NCBI RefSeq assembly: GCF_963921235.1
Contig: NC_086097.1
Span: 107,820,001-107,884,000, forward strand
From: Mobula hypostoma
Taxonomy: Eukaryota
Length of the DNA stretch: 64,000 bases
Reading direction: 5' to 3'
Shown here: positions 26,326-39,597 of the stretch, one piece after another
Layout of the letters: every line of letters begins with the position of its first letter
How positions within the stretch are numbered: position 1 is the stretch's first letter
The notes under the pieces: model-generated
What the model saw: the letters and a program-made list of their open reading frames with translations, nothing else
Databases searched by the model: none
What the model was told of the DNA's origin: nothing
Position numbers and translations under genes: made by a program

Positions 26326-27043
26326 GACTATAAGACCATAAGACAAAGGAGCAGAAGTAGGCCACTCGGCCCATGGAGTCTGCTCTGCCATTTTATCATG
26401 AGCTGATCCATTCTTCTATTTAGTCCCACTCCCCCGCCTTCTCACCATAACCTTTGATGCCCTGGCTATTCAGATACCTATCAATCTCTGCCTTAAATAC
26501 ACCCAATGACTTGGCCTCCACTGCTGCCCGTGGCAACAAATTCCATAGATTCACCACCCTCTGACTAAAAAAATTTCTTCGCATTTCTGTTCTGAATGGG
26601 CGCCCTTCAATCCTTAAGTCATGCCCTCTCGTACTAGACTCCCCCATCATGGGAAACAACTTTGCCACTTCCACTCTGTCCATGCCTTTCAACATTCAAA
26701 ATGTTTCTATGAGGTCTCCCCTCATTCTTCTAAACTCCAAATACAGTCCAAGAGCAGACAAACGTCCCTCATATGTTAACCCTCTCATTCCCGGAATCAT
26801 TCTAGTGAATGTTCTCTGTACCCTCTCCAACGTCAGCACATCCTTTCTTAAATAAGGAGACCAAAACTGCCCACAGTACTCCAAGTGAGGTCTCACCAGC
26901 GCCTTATAGAGCCTCAACATCCCATCCCCGCTCCTATGCTCTATTCCTCTAGAAATGAATGCCAACATTGCATTCGCCTTCTTCACTACTGACTCAACCT
27001 AGAGATTAACCTTAAGGGTATCCTGTACAAGGACTTCCAAGTC
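26326..27043 (-). mobile_element. CR1 subfamily A 3' fragment
   Basis: ORFs 26696..26986 and 26420..26695; TAAGACCA-type tail at the left end. Confidence 0.93.
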
Positions 27044-28197
27044 CATAAGACCATAAGACAAAGGAGCAGAAGTAGGTCATTCTGCCCATGGAGTCTGCTC
27101 CGCCATTTTATCATGAGCTGATCCATTCTCCTATTTAGTCCCACTCCCCCGCCTTCTCACCATAACCTTTGATGCCCTGGCTATTCAGATACCTATCAAT
27201 CTCTGCCTTAAATACACCCAATGACTTGGCCTCCACTGCTGCCCGTGGCAACAAATTCCATAGATTCACCACCCTCTGTCTAAAAAAATGTCTTCGCATT
27301 TCTGTTCTGAATGGGCGCCCTTCAATCCTTAAGTCATGCCCTCTCGTACTAGACTCCCCCATCATGGGAAACAACTTTGCCACTTCCACTCTGTCCATGC
27401 CTTTCAACGTTCAAAATGTTTCTATGAGGTCCCCTCTCATTCTTCTAAACTCCAAGGAATACAGTCCAAGAGCGGACAAACATTCCTCATATGTTAACCC
27501 TCTCATTCCCGGAATCATTCTCGTGAATCTTCTCTGTACCCTCTCCAACATCAGCACATCCTTTCTTAAATAAGGAGACCAAAACTGCCCACAGTACTCC
27601 AAGTGAGGTCTCACCAGCGCCTTATAGAGCCTCAACATCACAACCCTGCTCCTATACTCTATTCCTCTAGAAATGAATGCCAACATTGCATTTGCCTTCT
27701 TCACTACTGACTCAACCTGGAGATTAACTTTAAGCGTATCCTGTACGAAGACTCCCAAGTCCCATTGCATCTCAGAACGCTGAATTCTTTCCCCATTTAA
27801 ATAATAGTCTGCCCGTTTATTTTTTCTGCCAAAGTCCATAACCATACACTTTCCAACATTGAAGTATCATTTGCCACTTCTCTGCCCATTCTTCCAATCT
27901 ATCCAAGTCTCTCCGCAGACTCTCTGTTTCCTCAGCACTACCCGCCCCTCCACCTATCTTCGTATCATCAGCAAACTTAGCCACAAAGCCACCTATTCCA
28001 TAATCCAAATCGTTGATGTACAATGTAAAAAGAAGCGGCCCCAACACTGACCCCTGTGGAACACCACTGGTAACCGGCAGAATAGGATCCCTTTATTCCC
28101 ACTCTCTGTTTCCTGCCAATCAACCAACACTCTATCCACGTATGTAACTTTCCCGTAATTCCATGGGCTCTTATCTTGTTAAGTAGCCTCATGTGTA
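27044..28197 (-). mobile_element. CR1 subfamily A RT to 3' end, tandem with the previous copy
   Basis: ORFs 27977..28201, 27817..28047, 27411..27845, 27135..27407. Confidence 0.93.
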
Positions 28198-28224
28198 CCA
28201 CAACCTCAAGCTGTTCTTCTGCCT

Positions 28225-28939
28225 AGCACGTAATTGTCGGCCCAGATCAGAGGCAATGCAATCGGCAATCGTCTCTGATCTGCGCCAACATTTACGTGCC
28301 GGGCAGCACCTAATTAATTAGCATGTTTATTTCGGCTTTTTTCTTAAAGATGTGCTGTGTGCCTCCCGGCTACTGCTGCATTCTTCGCGGCAATGTATCG
28401 GGTCGGTGGCCCGGAGGGTGGGGGCCACTTCACCACCCAGCCTGCAACAACTCAGTCTAACACACCATCATCAGTGTGCTCGATGCTGTTTTCCCAATTC
28501 CGGTGTAAGTGATACTACACTGTACATACATTACTTCTATTTTATATAGGCTGTGTTATTTGGTAGATTTGGCAGCTTCATAGTTTAAACGTTACTGGAG
28601 AGCGCGTTCATGCCAACAGCGCTTGCGTGACTTTTTCTGCCGAGAGCACTCGAGTGAGATTTTCTCTACGGAGATCAGTGCAGGCAATCGTTGTAGAGAA
28701 GTATTTCTACTTTATATAGGCTGTGTATTTATCATATCATTCCTGCTTTTACTATACACTACTGTTATTTTAGGTTTTATGTGTTTTTTGGCATGATTTG
28801 GTAGGTTATTTTTGGGTCTGCGAACGCTCACAAAATTTTCCCATATAAATAAATGGTAATTGCTTTTTCGCTTTACAACATTCCGGCTTACGAACCGTTT
28901 CACAGGAAAGCTCTACCTTCGGATGGCGGGGGAAACCTG
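28225..28939 (+). mobile_element. Truncated Tigger-type element, same family as 7667-9240, opposite orientation
   Basis: Ends ...GGATGGCGGGGGAAACCTG followed by TA; reverse complement of ~7667-8400. Confidence 0.8.
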
Positions 28940-29001
28940 TACTTAGCTTATTACCACCCATTTTTAATGTAGTAACTACAACCCTTTTTCTATAACCTTA
29001 C

Positions 29002-29057
29002 CCTGGACATTATCATGGAACTTCTCATTAGGTCCTGCTCCATTTTTTCCTCTGCAG
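29002..29057 (-). CDS. Candidate host exon ((T)AEEKMEQDLMRSSMIMSR), 56 nt
   Basis: Acceptor cacattttcag, donor gtaagg, phase 1 to 0. Confidence 0.5.
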
Positions 29058-29714
29058 CTGAAAATGTGCCTTAATGCCAGCTTTCGCCATGGTGAAAGGT
29101 CATTGATATGGAACACTAACCTATAATTTCTTTTATGTTTTATTGTTGGGGCTGTAACTGCATCATATGACATTCTAATATTGTCTTCACCAGTCTGATA
29201 GGCTTTGCAGTGCTCCACTGAGAAATGTAAAAAAAATGTCAAATTTCCTGGGATGAAAACTTGTTGCTTTCGTTATGAACCATTCAAATTTCTGCTGCAA
29301 TATCAAGCAGATGCCACGTAGCTGTAACCTCAGCAATCAACCCTTACAGACACAGAAGCAATACACAACACCTATCCACTGGAGAGCACTTCTTCGCTTT
29401 ACATGACAGAGGGCAGAAGCCAAGAAATACAGAAGTGTTTATGATCAAGGAGGCCAAGCAGACTACAGTCAGACTAGGCTACAGTCAGGGATTATTGGCA
29501 GGAGGAGGGCTCTTCTCATAGTGTGGCCTAGTGTCTCAGAAATAACATGATCTCATGAGAAATATTCAGGTGAGCCCTAAAGTTCTCCAGAATTGAACAA
29601 GGATCTCCTTGTTATCGGTACAACCTTTAGCATCTGCTCCATTCGCACTTTGCTGACTCCCTTTCCTTAGACCACATTCTTACTCACATACACAAAATGC
29701 TTTTATCTCAGTTG

Positions 29715-29976
29715 CAAACAACAGGAATTCTGCAGATGCTGGAAATTCAAGCAACACACATCAAAGTTGCTGGTGAATGCAGCAGGCCAGGCAGCATCTC
29801 TAGGAAGAGGTACAGTCGACGTTTCAGGCCAAGACCCTTCGTCAGGACTAACTCTTCTCTTACTAACTCTTCCTTCAGTTAGTCCTGACGAAGGGTCTCG
29901 GCCTGAAACGTCGACTGTACCTCTTCCTAGAGATGCTGCCTGACCTGCTGCGTTCACCAGCAACTTTGATGTGTGT
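29715..29976. mobile_element. Palindromic mini-PLE insertion (two inverted terminal repeats, hammerheads at 29814-29849 minus and 29881-29916 plus)
   Basis: Arms are near-perfect reverse complements; flanked by TGCTTTTATCTCAGTTG at 29698-29714 and 29977-29993. Confidence 0.88.
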
Positions 29977-32688
29977 TGCTTTTATCTCAGTTGTCTTCTT
30001 TCACTCTCTCTTCCTTTCCACATGTCCCTGTCCCTTTCTTTTGTCTATCTCTACCTCTATCCTTCTTACCTTCTCTGCATATCTTTTTACCTGACTCTTC
30101 CCCTCTTCCCGCCCCTATATTCATGCCCACACACTCACTCTCTCTCTCTCTCGCATTTCTTTCCATCTCTGTTGGACTCGATCACTCATTTCTTGCTTTG
30201 TCTGCGCTGTTATTCAGTGTGAGAAAGTTTCCCTAGGCATAACATCATTGTTTCTAACAAAGTTGGCTCTGTACTGGGTCAGAATCATACTGTAGTTGCA
30301 GGACAGTCTTGATGTTGCAGTTGGGATCTGCTGCAGAGTGTTGTGAAGTGGTGGGGAGCTTCTGACATTGGCGAGGGGCAAGGTTCAAACATCCATCCTC
30401 CACAAAACTTCCCCCTCCCCTCCCCACCTCACCACTGAGCAACTCTCTCTCTTCCCTCATGTACCATACCCCAGCCTCTCACATAACACACGGTAAGTCT
30501 GCCCCCACCTCTGTCATCTGCCAAATTCTTCTCAAACACACAATACACACATTGACAACAACTCTGTCACTGCACTAGCGCACTTAGTTCTTCAGCCCAT
30601 TTGTTCCCCAACATCCACCCTCAAGCACACATGACCGTCCACAAAAGCTTCCAAGGAGGCAATAATCTACTCAACAAACTTCAGAGCTTTCATCTGAGGT
30701 TGGCAAATATGCAGGAGATTAAAGGAGAGCATATGGGACTTCATAAATACTTGGACACGCAAACAAAGAAAAGCTTACACAAGGGCAAGGAATACTGCTG
30801 TCCAACAGACCATGAGTTTTGCACTAAGCAATCATAAAATTCTCGTTTTCTCAACATGATCAAGAGCTTTGCTAGCGCATTGAGAGCTATTGTGAATTCC
30901 ATTATTAGAAATAGAGCAGGTCAAAGGCTAGGTGAGCAATTCACCTCCTCTGTGTCTTTTTCACCATCTACAAGGCACTAGTCAACAACATGATGGAAAC
31001 TTCTCTGCTAGCCAGGATGAATGCACTTTCAACACTCAGGAAGCCTGGCACCACACAGGACAAAGCAACCTGCTTAATTGGCTTACATTCATCACGCAAG
31101 ATATTTATTCTTCACATCATCTGCTCACAGGCTTTGTACCAATAACAAAATGAATGCCAGTTTCTGATCTGGACCAATTTGAAAGCACCTCACAGAAGAC
31201 GGTGGCAGGTGTATGAGAGCACCACACCTGCAGCCTTCCCTCTAAGTCACACGTTACCCAGTCTTGGCAATAAATGGTCATTCTTTCAATACTATTGAAT
31301 CTAAATACCAGGCTCCATATTGAAGAACACTGTGAGAGTACCTTCACTAGAAGGATTGCAGTTTTCCAAACAGTAGCCCTGTGACATCTTAGATCAGTTA
31401 GGATGTGGCCTGATGAAGGATTTCGGCCCAAGACATTGACTCCTTATTCCTCTCCATAAATGCTGCCTGACCTACTGAGTTCCTCCAGTTTTTTCTGCGT
31501 GTTATTCAGGATTTCTAGCATCTGCAGAAGCTCCTGTGTTTACAATTAAAAATGGGGTGGGCAATAAACACTGGCTTTTCTAGAACTCCACATATCTTAA
31601 AAAAGTAAACTGAAAGAATTTTATAAGGATGAAAAAATAACCTACTGTCATTTGCCACAAAATGACCTATTTTTGTGATCTTTTTCCATTCCTTTATTAC
31701 ATTCAATGGAGTTTTTTTAAATTGAGAAGACAATGACTGTGGCTCCTGACAAGGCTGTCCTTTCATACGGCCTCAGTAAGTTGTCCAGGTAATCAGGCAC
31801 TGGTATCAGAAGCAACCAGAGCTGCCAATGGCAGCTTGTTATTATCAGGCTCTCTTACTGCCTTACGATTTAATGCTAGCAATCATTGCAAAATAAAGCA
31901 GATGCTTAAAAATGATATAATCCTTTAAAGGCAGAATTCATTAAAAAAAAATCGAACAGTGGTACAGAGTGATACCAAGATGGATCCAATCCTGTAAGGG
32001 GAGCAAGACACCATCTCCACCGAGCCATATCACCACAAGCTGCCAAACAGGCAGAAGGACGGGCTACCCTTCATGCCTTACAGCTACAGAAATGTCAATC
32101 GGTCCAACGTTATTACTGGAGAAAACTCTCCATAGGGTAAAATACTATATATCTGCCTGAAGAAGGTTGTAACAAAGCTCTAGGGTCTCTTTTCGTTTCC
32201 AGAAGCTTCACAGAAACAGCAGGATCCCAGTGTGCTAATCAAAGTATTGTCTAGGTCTATAATTGTATTAATTAATTGCAAAGAAAGGCTGCAAAGTTAC
32301 AAAATTAACAGCTGCTTCAAATTATGCCATGAGGTTAATGAGAGTCTTTTCTTGATCAAGTGTGAAGTCTACTTGCACCTGTTAGGTAAGCAATATTCTG
32401 TTTAATCTGGATGAGACTGATAAATGTCCTTCAGAACTCAGTGAGTTATCCTCATTGCTCTCATCCTAAATAAGCAGCAGCACACTTAACTGTAAGCATT
32501 CTTAAGTAAATGACATGATGAGCACTTAGATGATTTCTAATAGTCAAGAGGATATTGTTACAAGGATCACTCCTTAGTAATAATGATGAGAGAAGCACAG
32601 GAGAATCTGTGATTACCGACAAGTACCTTTACTGTCTAAACTATCAAGCATGTGACTTCATACATTAAGTACCTGTGTGCACACTCAC

Positions 32689-32704
32689 TAGGTTTCCATG
32701 ACCC
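32689..32704 (-). CDS. Candidate host micro-exon (GSWKP), 16 nt
   Basis: Long polypyrimidine tract ctctttccttttctattctttgtctattcag, consensus donor gtgagt, phase 0 to 1 joins both neighbours. Confidence 0.55.
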
Positions 32705-32774
32705 CTGAATAGACAAAGAATAGAAAAGGAAAGAGCTGGGCAAAGGAGTCGACACTGGCCAGGTGTTCCTCATA

Positions 32775-35700
32775 GTCATATAACCATATAACCACATAAC
32801 AATTACAGCACAGAAACAGTCCATCTCGGCCCTTCTAGTCCGTGCGGAACTCTTACTCTCACCTAGTCCCACCGACCTGCACTCAGCCCATAACCCTTCA
32901 TTCCTTTCCTGTCCATGTAGCTGTCCAATTTAACTTTAAATAACAACATCGAATCTGCCTCAACCACTTCTGCTGGAAGCTCATTCCACACAGCTACCAC
33001 TCTCTGAGTAAAGAAGTTCCCCCTCATGTTACCCCTAAACTTTTGCCCTTTAACTCTCAACTCATGTCCTCTTCTTTGAATCTCCCCCACTCTCAATGGA
33101 AAAAGCCTATCCACGTCAACTCTATCTATCCTCCTCATAATTTTAAAATACCTCTATGAAGTCCCCCCTCAACCTTCTACACTCCAAAGAATAAAGACCC
33201 AACTTGTTCAACCTTTCTCTGTAACTTAGGTGATGAAACCCAGGTAACATTCTAGTAAATCTTCTCTGTACTCTCTCTATTTTGCTGACATCCTTCCTAT
33301 AATTCGGTGACCAAAACTGTACACGATACTCCAAATTTGGCCTCACCAATGCCTTGTACAATTTCAACATCACATCCCAACTCAATGCTCTGATTAATAA
33401 AGACCAGTATACCAAAAGCTTTCTTCACCACCCTATCCACATGAGATTCCACCTTCAGGGAACTATGCACCATTATTCCTAGATCCCTCTGTTCTATTGC
33501 ATTCTTCAATGCCCTACCATTTACCATGTATGTCCTATTTTGATTAGTCCTACCAAAATGTAGCACCTCACATTTATCAGCATTAAACTCCATCTGCCAT
33601 CTTTCAGCCCACTCTTCTAACCGGCCTAAATCTCTCTGCAGGCTTTGAAAACCTACTTCTTTATCCACAACTCCACCTATCTTAGTATCATCTGCATACT
33701 TACTCATCCAATTTACCACCCCATCATCTAGATCATTAATGTATATGACAAATAACATTGGACCCAGTACAGATCCCTGGGGCACACCACTAGTTACCAG
33801 CCTCCAATCTGACAAACAGTTATCCACCACTACTCTCTGGCGTCTCTCATCCAGCCACTGCTGAATCCATTTTACTACTTCGATATTAATGCCTAACGAT
33901 TGAACCTTCCCAACCAACCTTCCGTGTGGGATCTTGTCAAAGGCCTTACTGAAGTCCATATAGACAACATCCACTGCTTTACCCTTGTCAACTTTCCTAG
34001 TAACCTCTTCCAAGAATTTCAATAAGATTTGTCAAAACACGACCTTCCACGCACAAATCCGTGTTGACTGTTCCTAATCAGACCCTGTCTGTCCATTTAA
34101 TTATATATACCATCCCTAAGAATACTTTCCATCAATTTACCCACCGCTGACGTAAAAACACACAGGCCGATAATTGCTAGGTTTACTCTTAGAACCCTTT
34201 TTAAACAATGGAATTACATGAGCAATACGCCAATCCTCTGGCACCATCCTCGTTTCTAATGACATTTGAAATACTTCTGTCAGAGCCCCTGCTATTTCCA
34301 TACCAACTTCCTGGTCCTAGGGAATATCCTGTCAGGACCCAGAGACTTATATTCAACTTTTATATTCCTTAAAAGCTCCAGTACTTCCTCTTCTTTAATC
34401 ATCATAGTTTCCACAACTTCCCTACCTGCTTCCCTTATCTTACCCAATTCAATATCCTTCTCCTTAGTGAACACCGAAGAAAAGAAATTGTTCAGAATCT
34501 CCCCATCTCTTTTGGCTCCACACATAGCTGTCCACTCCAATTTTCTAAGGGACCAATTTTATCCCTCACTATCCTTTTGCTATTAATATAACGGTAGAAA
34601 CCCTTGGGATTCATTTTCACCTCACTTGCCAAAGGAACCTCATATCTTCTTTTAGCTTTACTAATTTCTTTCTTAAGATTCTTTTTACATTCTTTATATT
34701 CCTCGAGCACCTCATGCTGCCTATATTTATTGTAGATATCTCTCTTTTTCCGAACCAAGTTTCCAATATCCCTTGAAAACCACGGCTCTCTCAAACTTTT
34801 AACCTTTCCTTTCAACCTAACAGGATCATAAAGATTCTGTACTCTCAAAATTTCACCTTTAAATGACCTCCATTTCTCTATTACATTCTTCCCATAAAAC
34901 AAATTGTCCCAATCCACTCCTTCTAAATCCTTTCACATCTCTTCAAAGTCAGCCTTTCTCCAATCAAAAATCTCAACCCTGGGTCGAGACCTATCCTTCT
35001 CCATAATTATATTGAGACTAATAGCATTGTGATCACTGGACCTGAAGTGCTCCCCAACACAAACCTCCGTCACCTGACCTATCTCATTCCATAACAGGAG
35101 ATCCAACACTGCCCCTTCTCTAGTTGGTACTTCTATGTATTGCTGTAAAAAACTACCCTGCACACATTTTACAAACTCCAAACCATCCAGCCCTTTTACA
35201 GTATGGGCTTCCCAGTCTATGTGTGGAAAATTAAAATCTCCCACAATCACAACCTTGTGCTTACTACAAATATCTGCTACCTCCTTACAAATTTGCTCCT
35301 CCAATTCTCGCTCCCAATTTGATGGTCTATAATACTCCCCCATAAGAGTTACTACGCCTTTCCCATTCCTCAATTCTACCCAAATAGCTTCCCTAGACAA
35401 GCCCTCCAATCTATCCTACCAGAGCACCACTGTAATATTTTCTCTGACAAGCAATGCAACACCTCCCCCGTTTTCCCTCCGATTCTATCACACCTGAAGC
35501 AATTAAATCCAGGAATATTTAGTTGCCAATCACACCCCTCCTGTAACCATGTTTCACTAATAGTTACCACATCATACTTCCAGGTATGAATCCATGCTTT
35601 AAACTCCTCCACCTTTCTTATAATGCTCCTAGCATTAAAATAAATGCATTTAAGATATTTTCCACTTCTTACTCTCTGTTTATCACTAATGGTGCAAACA

Positions 35701-36995
35701 ACTTCACTATTTTCTTTTTCCTCCTTATTCCCTATATCTGTTCCTACACTCTGGTTGCCCTTCCCCCTCGTATCTAGTTTTAATCCACCAGCATCTCTAG
35801 CAAACCTACTTGCAAGAATATTTGTCCCCCTCCAGTTCAGATGTAGACCGTCCCGCCGGAACAGGTCCCACCTTCCCTGGAAAACTGCCCAATTATCTAT
35901 AAATCTGAAGCCCTCCTTCCTGCACCATGTCTTCAGCCACGTGTTGATCTGCGCTATCTTATTATTTCTAAACCCGCCTGCACGTGGCACTGGTAGCAAT
36001 CCTGAGATTGCTATCCTGGAGGTCCTGTCCTTTAACTTGGCGCCTAACTCCCTAAACTCTCCTTTCAGGACCTCCTCACTCTTCCTACCCACGTCATTGG
36101 TCCCTACATGGACAACGACATCCGGCTGCTCACCCTCCCTCTCGAGAATACCATAAACTTGATCCAAGATATCACAGACCTTCGCACCAGGGAGGCAACA
36201 GATCATCGGGGATTCTTGATCTCTTCCACAGAACCTCTTATCTGTCCCCCTAACTATCAAATCCCCTATCACCACAGCTCTCCTCTTTTCCCTCCTGAGT
36301 TGAGGGTCCCATCTTGGTGCCAGAGGTGCAACCACTGCAACTTGTCCCTGGTAGGTCATCCCCATCAACAGTATCCAAAACGGTGTACTTATTACTGGTG
36401 GGAACGGCCATAGGGGTGCTCTGCTCATTCTGTCTATTCCCCTTCCCTCTCCTGACAGTCACCCAGCTACCTGTCTCCTGACCCTTAGGGGTGACTATCT
36501 CCCTGTAACTCCTCTCTATTTCTGCCTCTGCCTCCCAAATGATCCGAAGTTCATCTAGCTCCAGCTCCAGTTCCCTAACTTGGTTTGTCAGGAGCTGCAG
36601 ATGGATGCACCTTTCGCAGGTGTAGTTATCAGGGACGATTGTGCTCGCCCTGACTTCCCACATCCTGCAAACTGAGCACTCAACTGCCCTAACTGCTGCC
36701 TCCATTACCTACTCTTAAGGTAATTAAATTAATTAAAGGAACTTATCCGGCCTTACCACACTTAGAGTGAAGCTCTTCCTCAGCTTCTGCTCGCCAAAGC
36801 CTCCCTATTCTGTCTCCCTCTGCTCTGTCACCCGCTCCGTTAATCTGCTCTCTTTTAAATACTCCCGCTGCCTCATGGTCCAATTTACACGTGCTTGCAC
36901 AGTCATGCCCCGTTCAACTGCCGAAGAAAATGACTGACTTCCACAAACTGCTCTCTTTCAAATACTCCCGCTGCCTCACGGTCCGACTTACACGC
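32775..36995 (-). mobile_element. Near full-length CR1 LINE (5' UTR, ORF1, ORF2, 3' tail), inactivated by frameshifts
   Basis: ORF1 from 36705 with CxxC...CxxC, leucine zipper and SGNH esterase motifs (IGDL, VHVGTND, DGLHLN); ORF2 from YFNARSI through GDFN, SDH, GVPQG, YADD. Confidence 0.96.
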
Positions 36996-38110
36996 ATCCA
37001 GATTTATTCTCCACATGTTCCACCTAGGGTCGCTCACACTTGTATCTGTGATGGTTAATCTTTGAAGTTGTCACTACATTGTGTTCGAAATCTCGGTTTT
37101 TATGTTCATTCCTTATCAGTTCAAATGTTGCATTTCAGTGTCATTGACTGACCTATAACACCTCCTTACTGGCTCTCGTCCAGGTCAGCATCCATTCTTT
37201 CACGGGTGACAAATGGTAATTCTTTGGCTCTTTATTCAAAATCAGTTACGAAACCAGTAGTCAGCTTGAACCACTCAGGGTAGACACAGACCCCAGCATT
37301 CACAAACCTACAAATTATATCTAACCAAAGAACACCTCATAAATAAGTTCCTATTTGGAAGTTATCTATAGTCCAGCAGAATACCTGGAGCATCATTGTT
37401 TCTACTCAAGCCAAGTAACTCCAGCTCAAAAATAGAGGATGCAGAGCAGCTTCACAAAATGGCAGCCCCCATTCCTTCAACTTCATGGCAAAAACAAAGG
37501 CAATTGGTCCATCTGCTTCCACTGTCCTTCATTCTTTCGAATCCACTGATTTGTAGGCTGTAAGTTGTTTCTGGCCAACAATATTCACCATCTGATGAAA
37601 TTAATTCAAGGCACAGAAGGAACCCCTCGTGAGAAGTGGAGTACAGTTAAATGAGTGTATACACTGAAATGTTTGTAAGGGGCATTGTGCTGAAAACAAA
37701 CAAACAACCAGGAGAAACATGCACATGGTTACAGGGAGGACAGGCAAACTCCACACTGACAGCAACACAAAATTGATCTTGATTTGCTGGAGCCATGGGC
37801 CATCAATTTTATTAGCCAATCCCTCTAAGGTGCCAGAACTCATAAACTGCCCAGGGAGGTCTAGCTTCTCATTAATGGGAAAGACTAAGTCACCTGCCCG
37901 AAATCATGAATAAATCGTGTGGTGCTGCAGTGAAGATGTGGCAGCAGCTTTGGGAATAGCATTCTCGGAAGAGCACAGCAAAAATCCTGTGATGGTGTAT
38001 AAACACAACACCCTTATTGGTGTGTGAGTGACAGGAGGATGAGCATGCTGTAATGTTTGAATTTTCTGAGCAGCATGAAAACTTCTATGAATCAGAAATC
38101 GCTAACTCAC

Positions 38111-38276
38111 AGTACATGTGGGAATGAGATAGCCGGAGCAGTCTGGCACCGAGCTCCTGTCGTTGAGTGACGATACTGATTGGGTCCTGCTGTCTTCGCT
38201 TTCCTCTTCTTCTTGGTCTTCATGTTTGGCCTGATCCAGGTATTCACACTGCCAAAGTGCTGGTCTTCCCCTTAAT
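38111..38276 (-). CDS. Candidate host exon (LRGRPALWQCEYLDQAKHEDQEEEESEDSRTQSVSSLNDRSSVPDCSGYLIPTCT), 166 nt
   Basis: Acceptor gaaatcacag, consensus donor gtgagt, 55 open codons, CpG-retaining non-repetitive sequence with an acidic run. Confidence 0.6.
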
Positions 38277-38480
38277 CTGTGATTTCAAACAGCGGCTGCA
38301 TTTGTGTGATAACCAGGATTATGGACTGCTACAAAGCATAACACCTTAGCTAATGCACAGTGCAATGCAATCGAGAGTGATAAAGACACAAAATCTCATT
38401 CTGAGTGGCTCTCCCAAGGTCAGCGTAATGCTCCTCGTGGTGGGAGGACTCTCCACATGGGGGTGCTCAGTGATTCTCAC

Positions 38481-38508
38481 TGAAGTTCTGCAAGGACTGG
38501 AAAGCCAC
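38481..38508 (-). CDS. Candidate host exon ((G)GFPVLAEL(Q)), 28 nt
   Basis: Acceptor ttcattcctcag, donor gtgaga, phase 1 to 2 links 45030-45073 with 38111-38276. Confidence 0.45.
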
Positions 38509-39597
38509 CTGAGGAATGAATCTTTAGTCTCCCTCAATATCCATCCCCAGAAGCAGTGCAGACCCAGAAAGATAACAATCTCTGACACCGTGAAAGAATC
38601 AGAGAATCACGAAAGCTACCAGCATAGCTGGAATTGGCAATGAAGAAGTCCTTGTGATGGCTGACCACCACAAGTTGCATGCTGAGTGAACACACTCCCT
38701 TCCAGTTAAAGAGTAGCTCAGGTTGTGAAGCAGATCTCTAACAGCTACGTTTGCTGTCTGTGAGACCTGCCTTGCAGGGAAGCTTGAAATGAGAGCAAAT
38801 GCCCATCACCAGGTCTGCCTGTTCTTTTGCACTGAAGGAAAAGTAGGTGAATTCTCCCCTTTTAAAGATCCATATTTTAGATTTTTTTTTTAAATCACTA
38901 ACCTGAAACATCAACTCTCTGCACAGATGCTGCCTGGTCTTCTGAGTGCTTCTGACATTTTCTGTCTTTACAGAAAATACTGGAAATACTCACCTAGTCA
39001 GGCAACATCTGTGCAAATAAAAACAGCTAACATTTTAGATTTAGGATCTCTCATCAGAACAGGGAAAACGAGCTAGATTTTAGGTTTCATCAAGGTCTAG
39101 TATGGAAACACCAAACCTCATGAATGAAAAGGACATGTTTAGCACAACATTGGGGGCCCAAGGGCCTGTATTGTGCTGTAGGTTTCAATATTTCTATGAA
39201 AAAGGCTACAGAAAGTACAGGATACAGCTAGTCCATCACGGGCAAAGACCTCCCCACCATCAGATATAGAGCACTACCACAAGAAAGCAGCTTCATCAAA
39301 AACCCCTACCATCCAGGACATGCCCTCTTCTCGCTGCTACCACCTAGCAGGAAGTACTGAAGCCATAGGTCCCACACCACCAGGTTCAGGAACAGCTATT
39401 TCCCTACAACCATCTGGCTCTTGAACCAACCTGGATACCTTCAGTCACTATGGCTCTGAACTCATCCTAGATGCACTTTCCGACTCTTCGCAACTCATGT
39501 TCTCAGCATTATTTTTACTTAAATCGTTGTCTTCTTCTGCACATTTGCTGTTCGTCAGTTTTTTTTCAGTTTATGGATAGCATTTTTGTAAAATTCA

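Larger units (their letters stand above)
20205..28222 (-). mobile_element. Long CR1 LINE (ORF1 esterase tail plus ORF2), subfamily D, interrupted by a PLE and two CR1-A copies
   Basis: Fragments 26079..26261 (esterase), 25743..25982 (YFNVRSV), 25424..25729, 21594..22040, 21113..21793, 20899..21144, 20357..20710; sequence resumes across the inserts at 25070 and ~28194. Confidence 0.92.
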
